Positions 55,129 to 64,000 of a DNA stretch of 64,000 bases are shown piece after piece. Within the stretch, counting starts at the first letter, position 1. The number at the start of each line of letters is the position of its first letter. Under the pieces are notes generated by a model. It was given only the letters and a program-made list of their open reading frames with translations. It searched no databases and was not told where the DNA came from. Origin of the DNA: a bacterium (GTDB taxonomy: Bacteria; Zhuqueibacterota; Zhuqueibacteria; Residuimicrobiales; Krinioviventaceae); NCBI GenBank assembly GCA_963675755.2, contig CAXXMD010000003.1, forward strand, positions 2,144,001 to 2,208,000, read 5' to 3'. The position numbers and the translations under genes were made by a program.

Positions 55129-58100
55129 ATGAATATAACCCGTGCTGCAATAGAAAAAAACCGTATTACCGCAATACTGCTTGTGGTGGTTTTACTGGCT
55201 GGAATCACAACTTTTAATCATATGCCGCGTGCTGAAGATCCGGGGTTTGTTATCCGCTGGGCATTAGTATCGACTGATTTTCCCGGTGCGAGCCCAGAAC
55301 GTGTGGAGATGCTGGTAACAGACAAGCTTGAAAAAGCAATTCAAGAGATTCCGGAAATTGATTTTATCAGCAGCCAGTCTAGAACTGGAATTTCGCTAAT
55401 TACGGTTGCAATAAAGGAAAATTACACAGAAATGCGTCCCATTTGGGATAATCTGCGGCGTAAAGTGGAAAGGACCAAAAGTCGTGGTGAATTACCCGCT
55501 GGCATTATTGGTCCCCGTGTGAATGATGATTTTGGAGATGTTTACGGCACCATTGTAACGCTCACCGGTGAAGGTTATACTTATGCGGAATTGAAAGAAA
55601 TAGCAGATGACGTGAGAAATGAGCTTTTGCTTTTAAAAGATGTTGCCAAAGTTGGTATTCATGGCGCTCAGGAAGAGCAAATATTTGTTGAATTTAACAA
55701 TGCACGACTGGCCGAGCTGGGTTTGTCCGCATCTCAAATGATTGGTATTATTCAAAGTCAGAATATCATCATGTCCGGTGGAGATGTTAATACAGAGCAG
55801 GAAAAGATAGTTCTTGAGCCCTCTGGCAATTTCGAGTCGGTTGATGATTTGAAAAAAACGTTGATCAACATACCCGGGCAAAACGGATTATTACAGCTCG
55901 GTGATATCGTGAATATTTACCGGGGTTATATAGATCCGCCCCAATCGATTGTACGTTCAAGTGGAACGCCCGCATTGGCGCTTGCAATTAACATGCGTGA
56001 GGGTGGTAATATTATCAACCTGGGTAATGATGTTAAGGAAAAGATTTCTTATCTGCAAACCGTTTATCCCATTGGGATCGAGTTTGAATTTGTGGCATTT
56101 CAACCTTATCATGTAGATAAAAAGATTAAGGATTTTATCAATAACCTGATGCAGGCAGTTGCAATTGTTCTGTTGGTGATGCTGGTTTTCCTGGGAGTGC
56201 GTACGGGGATGATTGTTGCATCCCTAGTTCCCATGGCTATGGTAATGTCGCTGATGGTGATGGGATTTCTCGATATAGGGTTGGACCAGATGTCGCTCGC
56301 TTCATTGATTATTGCTCTGGGCATGCTGGTGGATAATGCCATTGTGATGACTGAATCCATTATGGTCCAAATGAGTGAAGGCAAATCCGTCAAAGATGCT
56401 GCAATTGATTCAGCTTCTGAATTGCGGGTGCCGCTGTTGATATCATCACTGACCACTGCGGCAGCGTTTTTACCGATATTTTTAGCAGAATCGGGTGTGG
56501 GAGAATATACTGCTCCCCTGTTCAAGGTTGTTACCATAACGCTGTTATGTTCATGGGTTTTATCAATTACCATGATCCCGCTGTTTTGCGTTTTATTTTT
56601 AAAAGTGAAGCAAAAGCAAAATGAGGAAAGTTTCAACAGTCGGTTTTATCGGTTCTATCGCGGATTTTTGATTAAAATGCTGAAACACCGTTTTATCACT
56701 ATTATCATTGTGATTGTTGTGTTTTTTGTATCTATGCAGGGATTCCGGTTTTTACCCAATATTTTCTTTCCAGAAGATGACAAGGCTATTTTTACCGCTC
56801 AGATCATATTACCGGAAGGTACCCGTATTGAGAGAACACGTGAAATAGTAGACAGTATAGAAGATTATTTTTATAAAGAACTGGTTGCGGATTCAACAAG
56901 GGCAGAAGGTATTCTTAACTGGTCTACCTATATAGGAGAAGGACCGCCAGCGTTTTTGTTGGGATTCAGTCCTGAGCAGGCGAATCCGGGGTATGCATGT
57001 CTGATTGTGAATGCCACCTCGGGTGGTATATCCATGGATTCCTTGATTGACAAAACCGAGCTGTTCTGTATTGAAAATTTCCCCGAAGTACGCCCCGAGA
57101 TTTCTCGTTTAGAGATGGGGCCACCACCGGATGCGCCGGTAAGTATACGCTTGATGGGCAAAGATCTGGAAAAACTTTATGATCTTTCTGATATTGTGAT
57201 GGGCAAGATGGAAGCCATGGAAGGAACCAAAAATATTCACAATGATTTGGGTTTACGCTCTAAAAAATTGATTGTGAATATTAACCAGGCACGAGCAAAA
57301 CGCGCGGGTGTTTCGAACCAGGATATTGCACTATCATTACAATCCGCATTGACAGGATTAGAGATTACGCAGTTTCGTGAAGACGACAAGATCATTCCTG
57401 TTACCCTGCGTTCGGTAGCCGCAGAACGCCAGGATGTGGGCAAGCTTGAAACGTTGAATGTCTATTCGCAGCAAACCGGCCAGAGCGTACCTTTAAAGCA
57501 AGTGGCAGATTTAAAAGTTGCCTGGGAGCCTTCAAAAATTCTGCGCAGGGATTTGCTCAAGGTGATTACCGTAAAATGTGATGTGACTTCCGGTACAACG
57601 CCTATTGCGATTGCCATGGCGCTTGATGAGTGGCTGCAACAGGAATCCCAAAACTGGGATGTGGGTTACCGGTATGAACTGGGTGGTGAAATGGAAAGCT
57701 CTGTTGAAGCTAATAATTCCATCAATGCCAAATTGCCCATTGCTGGATTGTTGATTGTTCTATTGCTGGTAGGGCAGTTTAATTCCGTCCGTAAACCGCT
57801 GATCATTCTTTTAACCATTCCCCTGGGAATGATTGGAGTTATCATTGGATTGTTGACGCTCCGGTCATATTTTGGATTTATGACATTACTGGGGGTAATA
57901 TCGCTTGCCGGAGTAGTAATAAACAATGCCATTGTGCTGCTTGACCGCATCAGAATAGAGATTGAAGAAAATGGATTAACACCGCAGCGGGCTGTTGTTG
58001 AAGCAGCTCAACGCAGAATGCGCCCCATTTTACTTACAACTGCTACTACGATAGGTGGATTGATTCCATTATATCTGGGTGGCGGGCCCATGTGGGAGCC

Positions 58101-58215
58101 TATGGCCGTGGCAATTATGTTTGGATTGTTGTTTGCGACCTTGTTGACTTTGGGGGTTGTGCCCGTGCTCTATGCCAGTTTTTATAAAGTGAATTATAAA
58201 GAATTTGAGTTCTAA
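55129..58215 (+). CDS. RND efflux permease (AcrB/AcrD/AcrF family)
   Basis: FPGASPERVE, GMLVDNAIV and RMRPILLT; 1028 aa. Confidence 0.94.
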   Translation: MNITRAAIEKNRITAILLVVVLLAGITTFNHMPRAEDPGFVIRWALVSTDFPGASPERVEMLVTDKLEKAIQEIPEIDFISSQSRTGISLITVAIKENYTEMRPIWDNLRRKVERTKSRGELPAGIIGPRVNDDFGDVYGTIVTLTGEGYTYAELKEIADDVRNELLLLKDVAKVGIHGAQEEQIFVEFNNARLAELGLSASQMIGIIQSQNIIMSGGDVNTEQEKIVLEPSGNFESVDDLKKTLINIPGQNGLLQLGDIVNIYRGYIDPPQSIVRSSGTPALALAINMREGGNIINLGNDVKEKISYLQTVYPIGIEFEFVAFQPYHVDKKIKDFINNLMQAVAIVLLVMLVFLGVRTGMIVASLVPMAMVMSLMVMGFLDIGLDQMSLASLIIALGMLVDNAIVMTESIMVQMSEGKSVKDAAIDSASELRVPLLISSLTTAAAFLPIFLAESGVGEYTAPLFKVVTITLLCSWVLSITMIPLFCVLFLKVKQKQNEESFNSRFYRFYRGFLIKMLKHRFITIIIVIVVFFVSMQGFRFLPNIFFPEDDKAIFTAQIILPEGTRIERTREIVDSIEDYFYKELVADSTRAEGILNWSTYIGEGPPAFLLGFSPEQANPGYACLIVNATSGGISMDSLIDKTELFCIENFPEVRPEISRLEMGPPPDAPVSIRLMGKDLEKLYDLSDIVMGKMEAMEGTKNIHNDLGLRSKKLIVNINQARAKRAGVSNQDIALSLQSALTGLEITQFREDDKIIPVTLRSVAAERQDVGKLETLNVYSQQTGQSVPLKQVADLKVAWEPSKILRRDLLKVITVKCDVTSGTTPIAIAMALDEWLQQESQNWDVGYRYELGGEMESSVEANNSINAKLPIAGLLIVLLLVGQFNSVRKPLIILLTIPLGMIGVIIGLLTLRSYFGFMTLLGVISLAGVVINNAIVLLDRIRIEIEENGLTPQRAVVEAAQRRMRPILLTTATTIGGLIPLYLGGGPMWEPMAVAIMFGLLFATLLTLGVVPVLYASFYKVNYKEFEF

Positions 58216-58221
58216 CAAGCG

Positions 58222-58252
58222 TTCCCCCGTCTTACAGGCGGGGGAATTTTTT
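58222..58252 (+). terminator. Intrinsic terminator between convergent genes
   Basis: TTCCCCCGTC-TTACA-GGCGGGGGAA-TTTTTT. Confidence 0.85.
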
Positions 58253-59408
58253 ATTTTTTCAATTTAAGCAGAAATGCCAGGGGAATAACACCAAGTGAAA
58301 AATAGATTGAAATTCTAAAAGTATGTTCCAGACCAAGCTTGTCACCCATTATACCAATCATCAAAGTAGTCAGTGAATTGATCATAAAGTTTAGTGTCAT
58401 ATAGATACTGTTCACAAAAGCGGGATATTCTGAATCCAGATCCTGGAATATTGCAAGTAAAACCGGACCAAACGCAAACATGAAAAATCCCAATATAATC
58501 AAGGTAGCTATTTGGAAAATACCGCTGGTTTGCATGAATATTAGCATAAAAACCGGGATCGCCAATGCTGCTATAACCAATGTAGCTCTGCGGCCGATTT
58601 TGTCGGAAATGATACCGGAAAACAGCGTTCCTCCGGCACCTGCAAACTGGAATATGGACAGGTAAATACCTGCCATCCAAAGACTGCTGCCGCCTTCGTG
58701 CATAAATGTTGGAAGAAAGGTGATTAATGCGTTTCTGAGAGTACCCCGGAAAAAAGTAATACCGGAAATGAGCAGGAATATGCTGGAATATTGACGTAGT
58801 GTACTCCAGATTTTGACAGAGTTTTGTTTTTCAACTGAAGGTTTTTGGAATTTAATATTTTTAAATTTGAAAAAAAGCATGCCAGAGCAAAACAGACCCA
58901 GGGGAATAAGCTTATAACTGCCTTCCAGTCCCCACCATGATACGGCCCCCAGAATGGTAATGGGGCCCAAAGTCCTGGCCAGTTCACCACCAAGCATGAA
59001 AAAGCTCATACCTTTCCCGGTCTGATTTCCGGAGACCTGGCGAATCATTACCGGTGCAGGAACATGAAACAGAGTTGAGCCAATCCCCATAATGAGCAGC
59101 AGCAATACCAATACCCAATAGTTTGGTGCAACACCCAGCAGACTCATACTGATGGTGGTAATAGCGGGAGCAATGATTACCAGATAACGCAAAGACATGC
59201 GTTCCGCGAGAATTCCCACAATTGGGTTTAACAGCGATGGGATTCGTTGGAAAACAACCAAAAGCCCCACCATACCATAACTTATTCCCAGCTTATCTAT
59301 CAACAGGGGAAGTATCGGTGACAGAAATGAAGAATAGACATCGTGCACCATGTGCGCGAAAGAGATGATGATTACATTACCGGTTTGAAAAGTTGATTTT
59401 TGTTTCAC
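58251..59408 (-). CDS. MFS transporter (Fsr, fosmidomycin-resistance-like)
   Basis: AHMVHDVY..FLSPILP, GSTLFH and GIISDKIGRR; GTG start. Confidence 0.85.
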   Translation of the reverse strand: MKQKSTFQTGNVIIISFAHMVHDVYSSFLSPILPLLIDKLGISYGMVGLLVVFQRIPSLLNPIVGILAERMSLRYLVIIAPAITTISMSLLGVAPNYWVLVLLLLIMGIGSTLFHVPAPVMIRQVSGNQTGKGMSFFMLGGELARTLGPITILGAVSWWGLEGSYKLIPLGLFCSGMLFFKFKNIKFQKPSVEKQNSVKIWSTLRQYSSIFLLISGITFFRGTLRNALITFLPTFMHEGGSSLWMAGIYLSIFQFAGAGGTLFSGIISDKIGRRATLVIAALAIPVFMLIFMQTSGIFQIATLIILGFFMFAFGPVLLAIFQDLDSEYPAFVNSIYMTLNFMINSLTTLMIGIMGDKLGLEHTFRISIYFSLGVIPLAFLLKLKK

Positions 59409-59593
59409 GAGTACATCCTTAATAGTTATTAAAAGATACTAAATTGATTGAAAAAAAACATGAATTAATTTCGCATGAACTGCCTGAATCCTATTCATGG
59501 CAGACTCTTTGCATTAGAGCATGTGATATGAGAAAGGTTATTGAATATTATATAAAGTGATTGTCGTAACGTTCTTTTAAAGTTTTGAAAAAC

Positions 59594-59667
59594 AAAGGGT
59601 TGCAGAGAGGTGTGAGGATGTGAGGGATGGCAAGAGGTTAATTTTACTGTTTACTCTGCACCCCTTT
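59594..59667. other. Structured intergenic element: 14-bp stem enclosing GAGG/GGATG repeats
   Basis: AAAGGGTTGCAGAG pairs with CTCTGCACCCCTTT (13/14); the loop contains AGGTGTGAGGATGTGAGGGATGGCAAGAGG. Confidence 0.55.
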
Positions 59668-59705
59668 AATTTCAAGATTGTCCGTTCGGGTCGACACTAT
59701 TGAAA

Positions 59706-61721
59706 ATGAAGTATTTAAAAAGTTATATATTTGTATCTTTTTTATTGATACTGGCCTGTACACTGCCTCAGGAACCCAAGCTACCGCAGTGGCAGATCAG
59801 ACTGGAGAATATTCCGTTAATGGCTGCTGATACTGTAGTAATAGGTAATGAATTTTCAGACTCTAACCTGGTAACAGATGCTGACAATCTGTATCATTTG
59901 TGGTTTAGTGGTTCTGAGCAAATTGATATAGCAGACCAGTTAAAACTGGAAGCTCTGAATCCTGATCCAATCAATGGTCAGGTAGATGCGGTCAGCGTGA
60001 ACGGGAATCCCGGTCAGTCCATACATGTTCCCTTGTTTGAAGCTTTTCCTGCATTACGTACATTCAACAACACCAACAGTTCAATTCCTTCACAAACCAT
60101 TTTTGTCAGAAAATCTCTGGACCTTGAAAATTTTTATTCAGTGACATTGGCATCCGGAATTATAACGCTCGAAATTACCAATAACCTGGCATTTCCTTTG
60201 GGCAAGCCTATTACGGTTTCTCTATATGACAGGAATACTCAAGAGACAATAAGTGAGATGGTGTTTGAAGAATACATCCCCAATAATGGCGGATCGAAAC
60301 AGGCATCACTTGATCTTGGCGGAGAAACTCTGACCAATGCCCTGGATGTTATTATAAACGGATCGATCAAAGGCACTAGCGGTGAATTGGTAAATATAAC
60401 CGATAATCAGAGTTTTGATGTCGAGGTCTCTATGAGCAATCTTGTTGCTATAGCGGCCGAGGCAAAAATTCCTTCGCAATCTTTTTTTACCACGCATGAA
60501 TTGGATCTTAGTACAGATTCTCTTGTTGTAAATTCTGCCCAAATATCAAGCGGAGTAATCCGGTTTGATATTCAAAGTGAATTTTATCTGCCGGTAAGAT
60601 TAGACCTTACCCTGCCGGGTGTTCTGGACCAGAGTTTTAATCCCTTGCAAAAGCAATTTACGCTTTTATCGCGTTCGTCTGAAGAGGTGAGCATTGATTT
60701 AACGGATAAAGAAATCCATATGAAAAACGGATTGCTTGAACTTCAGGTTGAAACCACGTTGCTGCCCGATGCAGAGGACTATGTACACATTCACGCGGGT
60801 GACAAGTATAACGCGTCAGCCAGTGTTAGTGAATTACGGTTTTCTCAGGTAACCGCCAATGTTAATCTTGCTACAGAATTTCCTCGCATTGAACAGGATG
60901 TGATGGATACGGATGTTGAATTACCGGATATTGAATTTGATGATGCCCGCTTTACGCTTGATTTTAAAAATGTTCCGGCAAATATGTATATTGATTTAAA
61001 TCTTGATGCTCAAAATAATGTGAACGAAACTGCAACTGCCAATTATTCATTCTCCGTCATAGGCGGTAGCGATCGGAAAATCCAGATTTCAAACACGGGC
61101 GTGTTTTTGGATGGTTCTAATATTGGCAGCGGCGGTGGATTGATGGATGTGATTAATATTTTCCCGGAATCGTTTTTGTTTACCGGAAATGCAGGTATAC
61201 GGGATGAATATGCAACCCTGACGGGTGATCCTATAATGATGGATTATCAATTGGATGTGCCTTTTGTATTCAGTGTTCCCGAGAATACCGTACTCACCGG
61301 AGATACCACGGATCTGGATTTTGATGATGATGATCGCGATTTGATAAATAATATTGAAGAGATCAGTCTGGTGTGCAAGGTGAAAAACGGATTATGTCTG
61401 GGTGGCGATTTTCATGTGCGTGTTGCTGATTATCAGACCGCCCGGGATTTGGATATTTCCCAATGGCCGCTGTTGTCCACATTGCATCTTGATGCCGCAG
61501 AACTGGATGCGGATGGAAATCTCTTGAGCATGAGTGAACAGCTGCTAGAGACCGGATTGGACAGCACGCAGATTGATCTGCTTACGGCATCTGATCTGTT
61601 GACCTGGACCGTTGATCTTGATCCGGTGGAAAAGGCGCGATTAAAAAGTACCGATTGTGTGATTCTGGAAAATATTTCATTAAATGGTAACGTGACTGTC
61701 AATAAACCGGAGGACAATTAG
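59706..61721 (+). CDS. Hypothetical acidic beta-rich lipoprotein
   Basis: Lipobox LILAC; recurring internal beta-sandwich-like pattern (TLASGIITLEITNNL / QISSGVIRFDIQSEF). Confidence 0.75.
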   Translation: MKYLKSYIFVSFLLILACTLPQEPKLPQWQIRLENIPLMAADTVVIGNEFSDSNLVTDADNLYHLWFSGSEQIDIADQLKLEALNPDPINGQVDAVSVNGNPGQSIHVPLFEAFPALRTFNNTNSSIPSQTIFVRKSLDLENFYSVTLASGIITLEITNNLAFPLGKPITVSLYDRNTQETISEMVFEEYIPNNGGSKQASLDLGGETLTNALDVIINGSIKGTSGELVNITDNQSFDVEVSMSNLVAIAAEAKIPSQSFFTTHELDLSTDSLVVNSAQISSGVIRFDIQSEFYLPVRLDLTLPGVLDQSFNPLQKQFTLLSRSSEEVSIDLTDKEIHMKNGLLELQVETTLLPDAEDYVHIHAGDKYNASASVSELRFSQVTANVNLATEFPRIEQDVMDTDVELPDIEFDDARFTLDFKNVPANMYIDLNLDAQNNVNETATANYSFSVIGGSDRKIQISNTGVFLDGSNIGSGGGLMDVINIFPESFLFTGNAGIRDEYATLTGDPIMMDYQLDVPFVFSVPENTVLTGDTTDLDFDDDDRDLINNIEEISLVCKVKNGLCLGGDFHVRVADYQTARDLDISQWPLLSTLHLDAAELDADGNLLSMSEQLLETGLDSTQIDLLTASDLLTWTVDLDPVEKARLKSTDCVILENISLNGNVTVNKPEDN

Positions 61722-63002
61722 ATGAAATTCCGGTTTACTGCAACAGTATTTATTTTGATGATTCTGAGCTTTTGTGCTTTTGCAGAATCCGGGGCAAGCC
61801 TGGGCATGGCCGGAGCGTATACATCCCTTGCACGTGGTGTAGATGCCATTTACTGGAACCCTGCCAATCTCGCTTTAAAAGATGGCAACCGGAGCGGCTC
61901 CATGATGTTATTGAATGCAAGTGCTGGTTTGGGTAACAATTCAATTAATCAGGCCATGTATAACGAATTTTTTACAAATGAGAACAAGGTTCTTTCAACT
62001 GAGGATGTGGATCGATTGCTGGCAAGTATTCCTGATGATAAAGGGCTGGAACTGGAAACGTTAACGGATATATCTTTGTTCTCATTTGCTTTTGGTAATT
62101 TTGGATTTGGATTTTCAACATCCAGTTATTCTCAATCGCATTTACCCAAGCAGGTTTTAGAAATACCTTTGCGGGGTATTTCTCCGCAAACCTATTTGTT
62201 TCAACCCGGTGCAACAGCAGAAGCGTTGGGTAAGGTTCATATTGCGTTTGGGAAATCCCTGATCCGTTATCAAACGTTATATGTTTTTAATCGACCTGTT
62301 TTAGACATTGATGATATTGCTATTGGTGCTCGCGTGTCCTATTTATTTGGATTGGGATCTTTTCGCACAGAGCAGGCATTTGTACAAACCCTGATAGATG
62401 ATCAGGGAGTGAGTGCCAGAGGTTCTTATTATGGTGTAGGTAGTATCAGCGAGAATGGCAGTATTCCCGGATCGGGTTTGGGTCTGGATGTGGGTTTGTC
62501 AGTAACCACGCCAGAACAATATACATTTTCAATTGTTGTAAGAAATTTGTACCAGCAGGTAACCTGGCGGGAGAATACTCGGGCATATTCCGGTGAGTTG
62601 GATACCGGTGCCCCCAGGTTTATTTTCGGTGATGACGGCATCACTGATCTTGATGAAGAAGAGATTTTTACCGATTCTGAAATCGGTTTAAAAGAATATG
62701 TTACAAGCAGTCCGCGTGATGTGAGGGTAGGATTGGGACGAAGCGGACGGTTTGGCATGTATGCCCTTGAATTGGGAAGTCGATACCAGCGGTTTTTGGC
62801 CGCTGCGGGTGGCGGTGTTTCATGGGCAATGTTTCACCTGTTCGGCGGGATACGGTATTGCGGTGATCCGTATTACCATGGTGGACTGGGACTGGGTGGA
62901 AAAGCGTTTATGCTTGATGTGGGAATAGCGAGTAGAGGTGGTGTAACGCAGAACGCTTCCAAAGGTGTGGTCCTCGCCGGCAGTTTAAAAGTTGGGTGGT
63001 GA
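61722..63002 (+). CDS. Outer-membrane beta-barrel protein (FadL/PorV/DUF5723-like N-terminus)
   Basis: Signal peptide, ASLGMAGAYTSLARGVDAIYWNPANL, GLGLDVG and terminal W. Confidence 0.75.
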   Translation: MKFRFTATVFILMILSFCAFAESGASLGMAGAYTSLARGVDAIYWNPANLALKDGNRSGSMMLLNASAGLGNNSINQAMYNEFFTNENKVLSTEDVDRLLASIPDDKGLELETLTDISLFSFAFGNFGFGFSTSSYSQSHLPKQVLEIPLRGISPQTYLFQPGATAEALGKVHIAFGKSLIRYQTLYVFNRPVLDIDDIAIGARVSYLFGLGSFRTEQAFVQTLIDDQGVSARGSYYGVGSISENGSIPGSGLGLDVGLSVTTPEQYTFSIVVRNLYQQVTWRENTRAYSGELDTGAPRFIFGDDGITDLDEEEIFTDSEIGLKEYVTSSPRDVRVGLGRSGRFGMYALELGSRYQRFLAAAGGGVSWAMFHLFGGIRYCGDPYYHGGLGLGGKAFMLDVGIASRGGVTQNASKGVVLAGSLKVGW

Positions 63003-63092
63003 TGATGGGAAGTGGGGATGCCCTGGGGAGGTCGGGATGGCCTTTCCAGGGCAAAAATAACTCGAAACCGATGTGATGTTGTGCGGATGGGT

Positions 63093-63139
63093 AAGCCCCA
63101 TTCAAAAGCAAAAGGCTTTTGAGTGGGGCTTTATTATTT
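63093..63139 (+). terminator. Intrinsic terminator
   Basis: 17-bp stem AAGCCCCATTCAAAAGC/GCTTTTGAGTGGGGCTT followed by TATTATTT. Confidence 0.8.
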
Positions 63140-63400
63140 ATACTTGTTAAATACACAATAATTATTTATAATATAAAGCCAAGTACTCCTTCCAAATAAA
63201 AAGTGAATTTGTGTTAGATGTGAATTGTCTGGATTATGTAGATGATAACAATACAGTTCCTTTTTTCCTTTTTATAAAATCCAGTGTTATTATTTAATAT
63301 TTTTTGAACCAGGGGACTAACCTGGCATATCTTGACAATTCAGCTTTGATGTGCCGGATACAACCAATATTGCTATTGTATTAACCTTTAGGGGAAAACC

Positions 63401-64000
63401 ATGAAAATGATGAATTTGATTGTAACGTCTTTATTAATGATTATTCTATTTTCAAATCTTCTCTTTGCAGATCAGCAATCAAATGAAATACTTGCAAAGC
63501 TTCATCGTATGGCGGAGCAGGGGCAGATTGACTCGCATCAACTGGAGCGATTCCTGCGGCAATATGATCTTGAGGATTATGATTTTGAAACGTCTGATAT
63601 CCTGAGAGATTTGAAAAGCAGAGTGCCTGCTGATGATTGGGAATTGTATGTTAGATATATTGATGAAATGACTAAGCAATACGAAAATCCAATGTTCTTG
63701 TCTGAACAGAGATCATCTCCATTTGACCGGTATACAGAAAGCACAATAGCTATTATACTTGAAGAATTTCAAGTGAACGAGAATGCAGGGAAAAGTGATA
63801 AAAATCATCCATGTGTCGTGGCTGACGGCAGCGGCAATTTTGTTGTCGTTTGGGAAGATTATCGTAACATGAATCCTGACATCTATGCGCAGCGATATGA
63901 CAGCAGTGGCCAGGCCCTTGGAGATAAATTTTTAGTCAATGATGATGGAGGCTTTTCTGAACAAGAGTTTCCATTAATAGCTATGAACGACAGTGGTAAT
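63401..64000 (+). CDS. Secreted protein with beta-propeller-like repeats (partial, runs off the right edge; absent from ORF track)
   Basis: MKMMNLIVTSLLMIILFSNLLFA signal peptide; repeat EFQVNE...GNFVVVWEDYRN..PDIYAQRYD..G...FLVNDD; open to the window end. Confidence 0.8.
   Translation, partial: MKMMNLIVTSLLMIILFSNLLFADQQSNEILAKLHRMAEQGQIDSHQLERFLRQYDLEDYDFETSDILRDLKSRVPADDWELYVRYIDEMTKQYENPMFLSEQRSSPFDRYTESTIAIILEEFQVNENAGKSDKNHPCVVADGSGNFVVVWEDYRNMNPDIYAQRYDSSGQALGDKFLVNDDGGFSEQEFPLIAMNDSGN

Overview
A 64-kb chromosomal window from an AT-rich Gram-negative bacterium. It probably belongs to the FCB group (KSB1/Calditrichota-like), inferred from a C-terminal sorting domain of the YPNPFNP type together with AGGAG ribosome-binding sites. 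Positions 1-17.4 kb form a phosphate-starvation island: phoR-phoB divergent from a PiT transporter, a TonB-dependent receptor plus a secreted protein with an internal 431-aa duplication, a five-gene putative phospholipid-to-glycolipid remodelling operon, and an orphan pstS. Three promoters share an 11-bp-periodic TT(T/A)ACA box. The rest is mostly housekeeping: pduL-ogt-Nudix-ssb, lptD, rarA, REP-like repeats, MFS/DMT transporters, proBA, glpK, a stand-alone sacsin-like ATPase, lipB with a 2-oxoacid dehydrogenase complex, mlaEFD, cca, an RND pump and an outer-membrane lipoprotein/barrel pair. I saw no rRNA, tRNA, CRISPR array or transposase. The most unusual signals are: a structured 3'-UTR element complementary to the 5'-UTR and RBS of its own operon, an apparently circularly permuted tandem repeat protein, a remodelling operon without plcP, a proB that apparently starts at ACG, and GGAUG-rich elements at both ends of one operon. 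All family calls come from motif recognition; no database searches were run.
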